Shown here: positions 63,212 through 64,000 of the stretch, piece after piece
Numbering within the stretch: position 1 is the first letter of the stretch
How the letters are laid out: each line of letters begins with the position of its first letter
Assembly: GCA_964649705.1 (NCBI GenBank)
Contig: CAZYRM010000015.1
Location: 1,119-65,118, forward strand
Length of the DNA: 64,000 nt
Direction: 5' to 3'
DNA from: an uncultured Planctomycetia bacterium
Lineage (GTDB): Bacteria; Planctomycetota; MHYJ01; WSZJ01; CAZYRM01
Notes under the pieces: generated by a model
Told to the model about the DNA's origin: nothing
Databases searched by the model: none
The model's input: the letters and a program-made list of their open reading frames with translations, nothing else
Translations under genes and position numbers: made by a program

Positions 63212-63645
63212 GTGGAAGCGGGGACGTGGCCGGTGGAGCTGTCCGGGGCGTGAGGACGGGCACGATCGTCGTCCTGATCCTGCTCGGGATCGGGGTCGTG
63301 GGCGGCCTCTCGGTCCAGCGCTGGCTCCGCCGCCCCGGGGGCAAGGAGTCGCGCGAGGCCGGCGCCGCCTACCGCCAGCTCCGCGAGATCGGGGCCGTCC
63401 TCCAGAGGTACTATCGCAACCATCAGACGTTTCCGAGGACGCTCGACCTGCTCGTGCGCGAGACCGACCCCGTCACGAGGGCGCCGTACCTGTCGGCGGA
63501 GATGCTCGAGAACCCCTGGAAGGCGCAGCTCGTCCTCGATCCGTCCCCCCCCGAGCGGGCGGTGGTGCGGTCGAAGGGCCCGGCCGTCCACCTCGTGCTG
63601 ACGGTCGAAAAGGGCGACCGGTTCTCCGTGGAGGAGGCGAAGTGA
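63208..63645 (+). CDS. GspG/pseudopilin-like small membrane-anchored protein
   Basis: TM helix, then LREIGAVLQRYYRNHQTFPRTLDLLV...PYL...ENPWK. Start could be GTG 63249. Confidence 0.6.
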   Translation: MSGSGDVAGGAVRGVRTGTIVVLILLGIGVVGGLSVQRWLRRPGGKESREAGAAYRQLREIGAVLQRYYRNHQTFPRTLDLLVRETDPVTRAPYLSAEMLENPWKAQLVLDPSPPERAVVRSKGPAVHLVLTVEKGDRFSVEEAK

Positions 63646-64000
63646 GCGCACGCGTCACGATCGACGGCACGGCGATCGAGGTCCCGGACGGCACGACCGT
63701 CCTCCAGGCCGCTGCCCGGCTCGGCATCGAGACGCCCACGCTCTGCTACTCGTCGCGCCTCCCGATCGCGGGGAACTGCCGAGCCTGCCTCGTCGAGATG
63801 AAGGGCTCCCGCGTCCTCCAGCCTGCCTGCTACCGGACGTGCGAGAACGGCATGGAGGTCAGGACGGACACGCCCAAGGTCCTCTCCGCGCGCCGCATGG
63901 TCCTCGAGCTGCTCCTCGCCGACCACCCCTCGCCCTGCACGAAGGCGGGCATGCCCGAGGGGTGCGAGCTAGAGCGCTGGGCCGAGAAGCTGGGGGTGAC
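63642..64000 (+). CDS. NuoG/FdhA/HndD-like Fe-S subunit (N-terminal part)
   Basis: VTIDG..IEVPDGTTVLQAA...IETPTLC...GNCRACLVE...PAC...GMEV...LELLLADHP..C...CEL. Confidence 0.9.
   Translation, partial: MSARVTIDGTAIEVPDGTTVLQAAARLGIETPTLCYSSRLPIAGNCRACLVEMKGSRVLQPACYRTCENGMEVRTDTPKVLSARRMVLELLLADHPSPCTKAGMPEGCELERWAEKLGV

Noticed and set aside
55-63645. Many long ORFs antisense or frame-shifted to real genes (e.g. 7307-10696+, 12598-16374+, 17553-21311+, 26506-30054-, 39286-42045+, 60181-63207+)
   Set aside because: Arg/Pro/Gly-rich shadows expected at this GC content; each overlaps a gene with clear family motifs.
1-64000. tRNA, rRNA, integrase or intact transposase genes
   Set aside because: None recognisable by eye; tRNAscan/Infernal/ISEScan runs would be needed to exclude them formally.

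Overview
GC-rich bacterial DNA. The gene families (DUF4058, DUF1570, MshEN/Zn-ribbon N-termini, DUF3857-transglutaminases, HhH-less UvrC) suggest an uncultured Planctomycetota; this is inference. No rRNA, tRNA, CRISPR or intact transposase was found. Layout: (1-3.1 kb) globin-coupled and PAS histidine kinases with a response regulator. (3.1-26.2 kb) An almost uninterrupted minus-strand run: UDP-GlcA decarboxylase, GalE, a stand-alone MshEN-like protein, Yip1, PAS-GGDEF cyclase, WbqC, WecA/MraY-type transferase, a catalytically gutted acyl-CoA ligase, an NPCBM protein, three secreted TPR/transglutaminase-like proteins, YqeB-like, GT2, a 90-aa His/Cys/Trp-rich secreted peptide and an esterase. 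This run is punctuated by long intergenic palindromes whose arms are built from tandem 7-mers or 6-mers. (26.4-32.3 kb) A giant MshEN-TPR-DUF1570 protein and a fourth transglutaminase-like protein. (32.4-54.9 kb) Accessory region: MntA-HepT, a CPBP/ABC operon, TA remnants, a 1.7-kaa Ser/Thr kinase with 16 FG-GAP-like repeats, a 21-nt tandem array next to a small helical protein, a CAP protein, an eroded ABC/CPBP locus and UPF0175-DUF3368. (55-64 kb) Core genes: DRTGG protein, dapB, HU/IHF, sucC, uvrC, and a NuoE-F fusion plus NuoG/FdhA-like gene with a pseudopilin-like gene between them. Best candidates for something new: the heptamer-palindrome family, the putative c-di-GMP-linked glycan/transglutaminase envelope system, the His-rich peptide with nearby 30-bp direct repeats, and the 21-nt array. 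All family calls come from motif recognition by eye; no database was searched.
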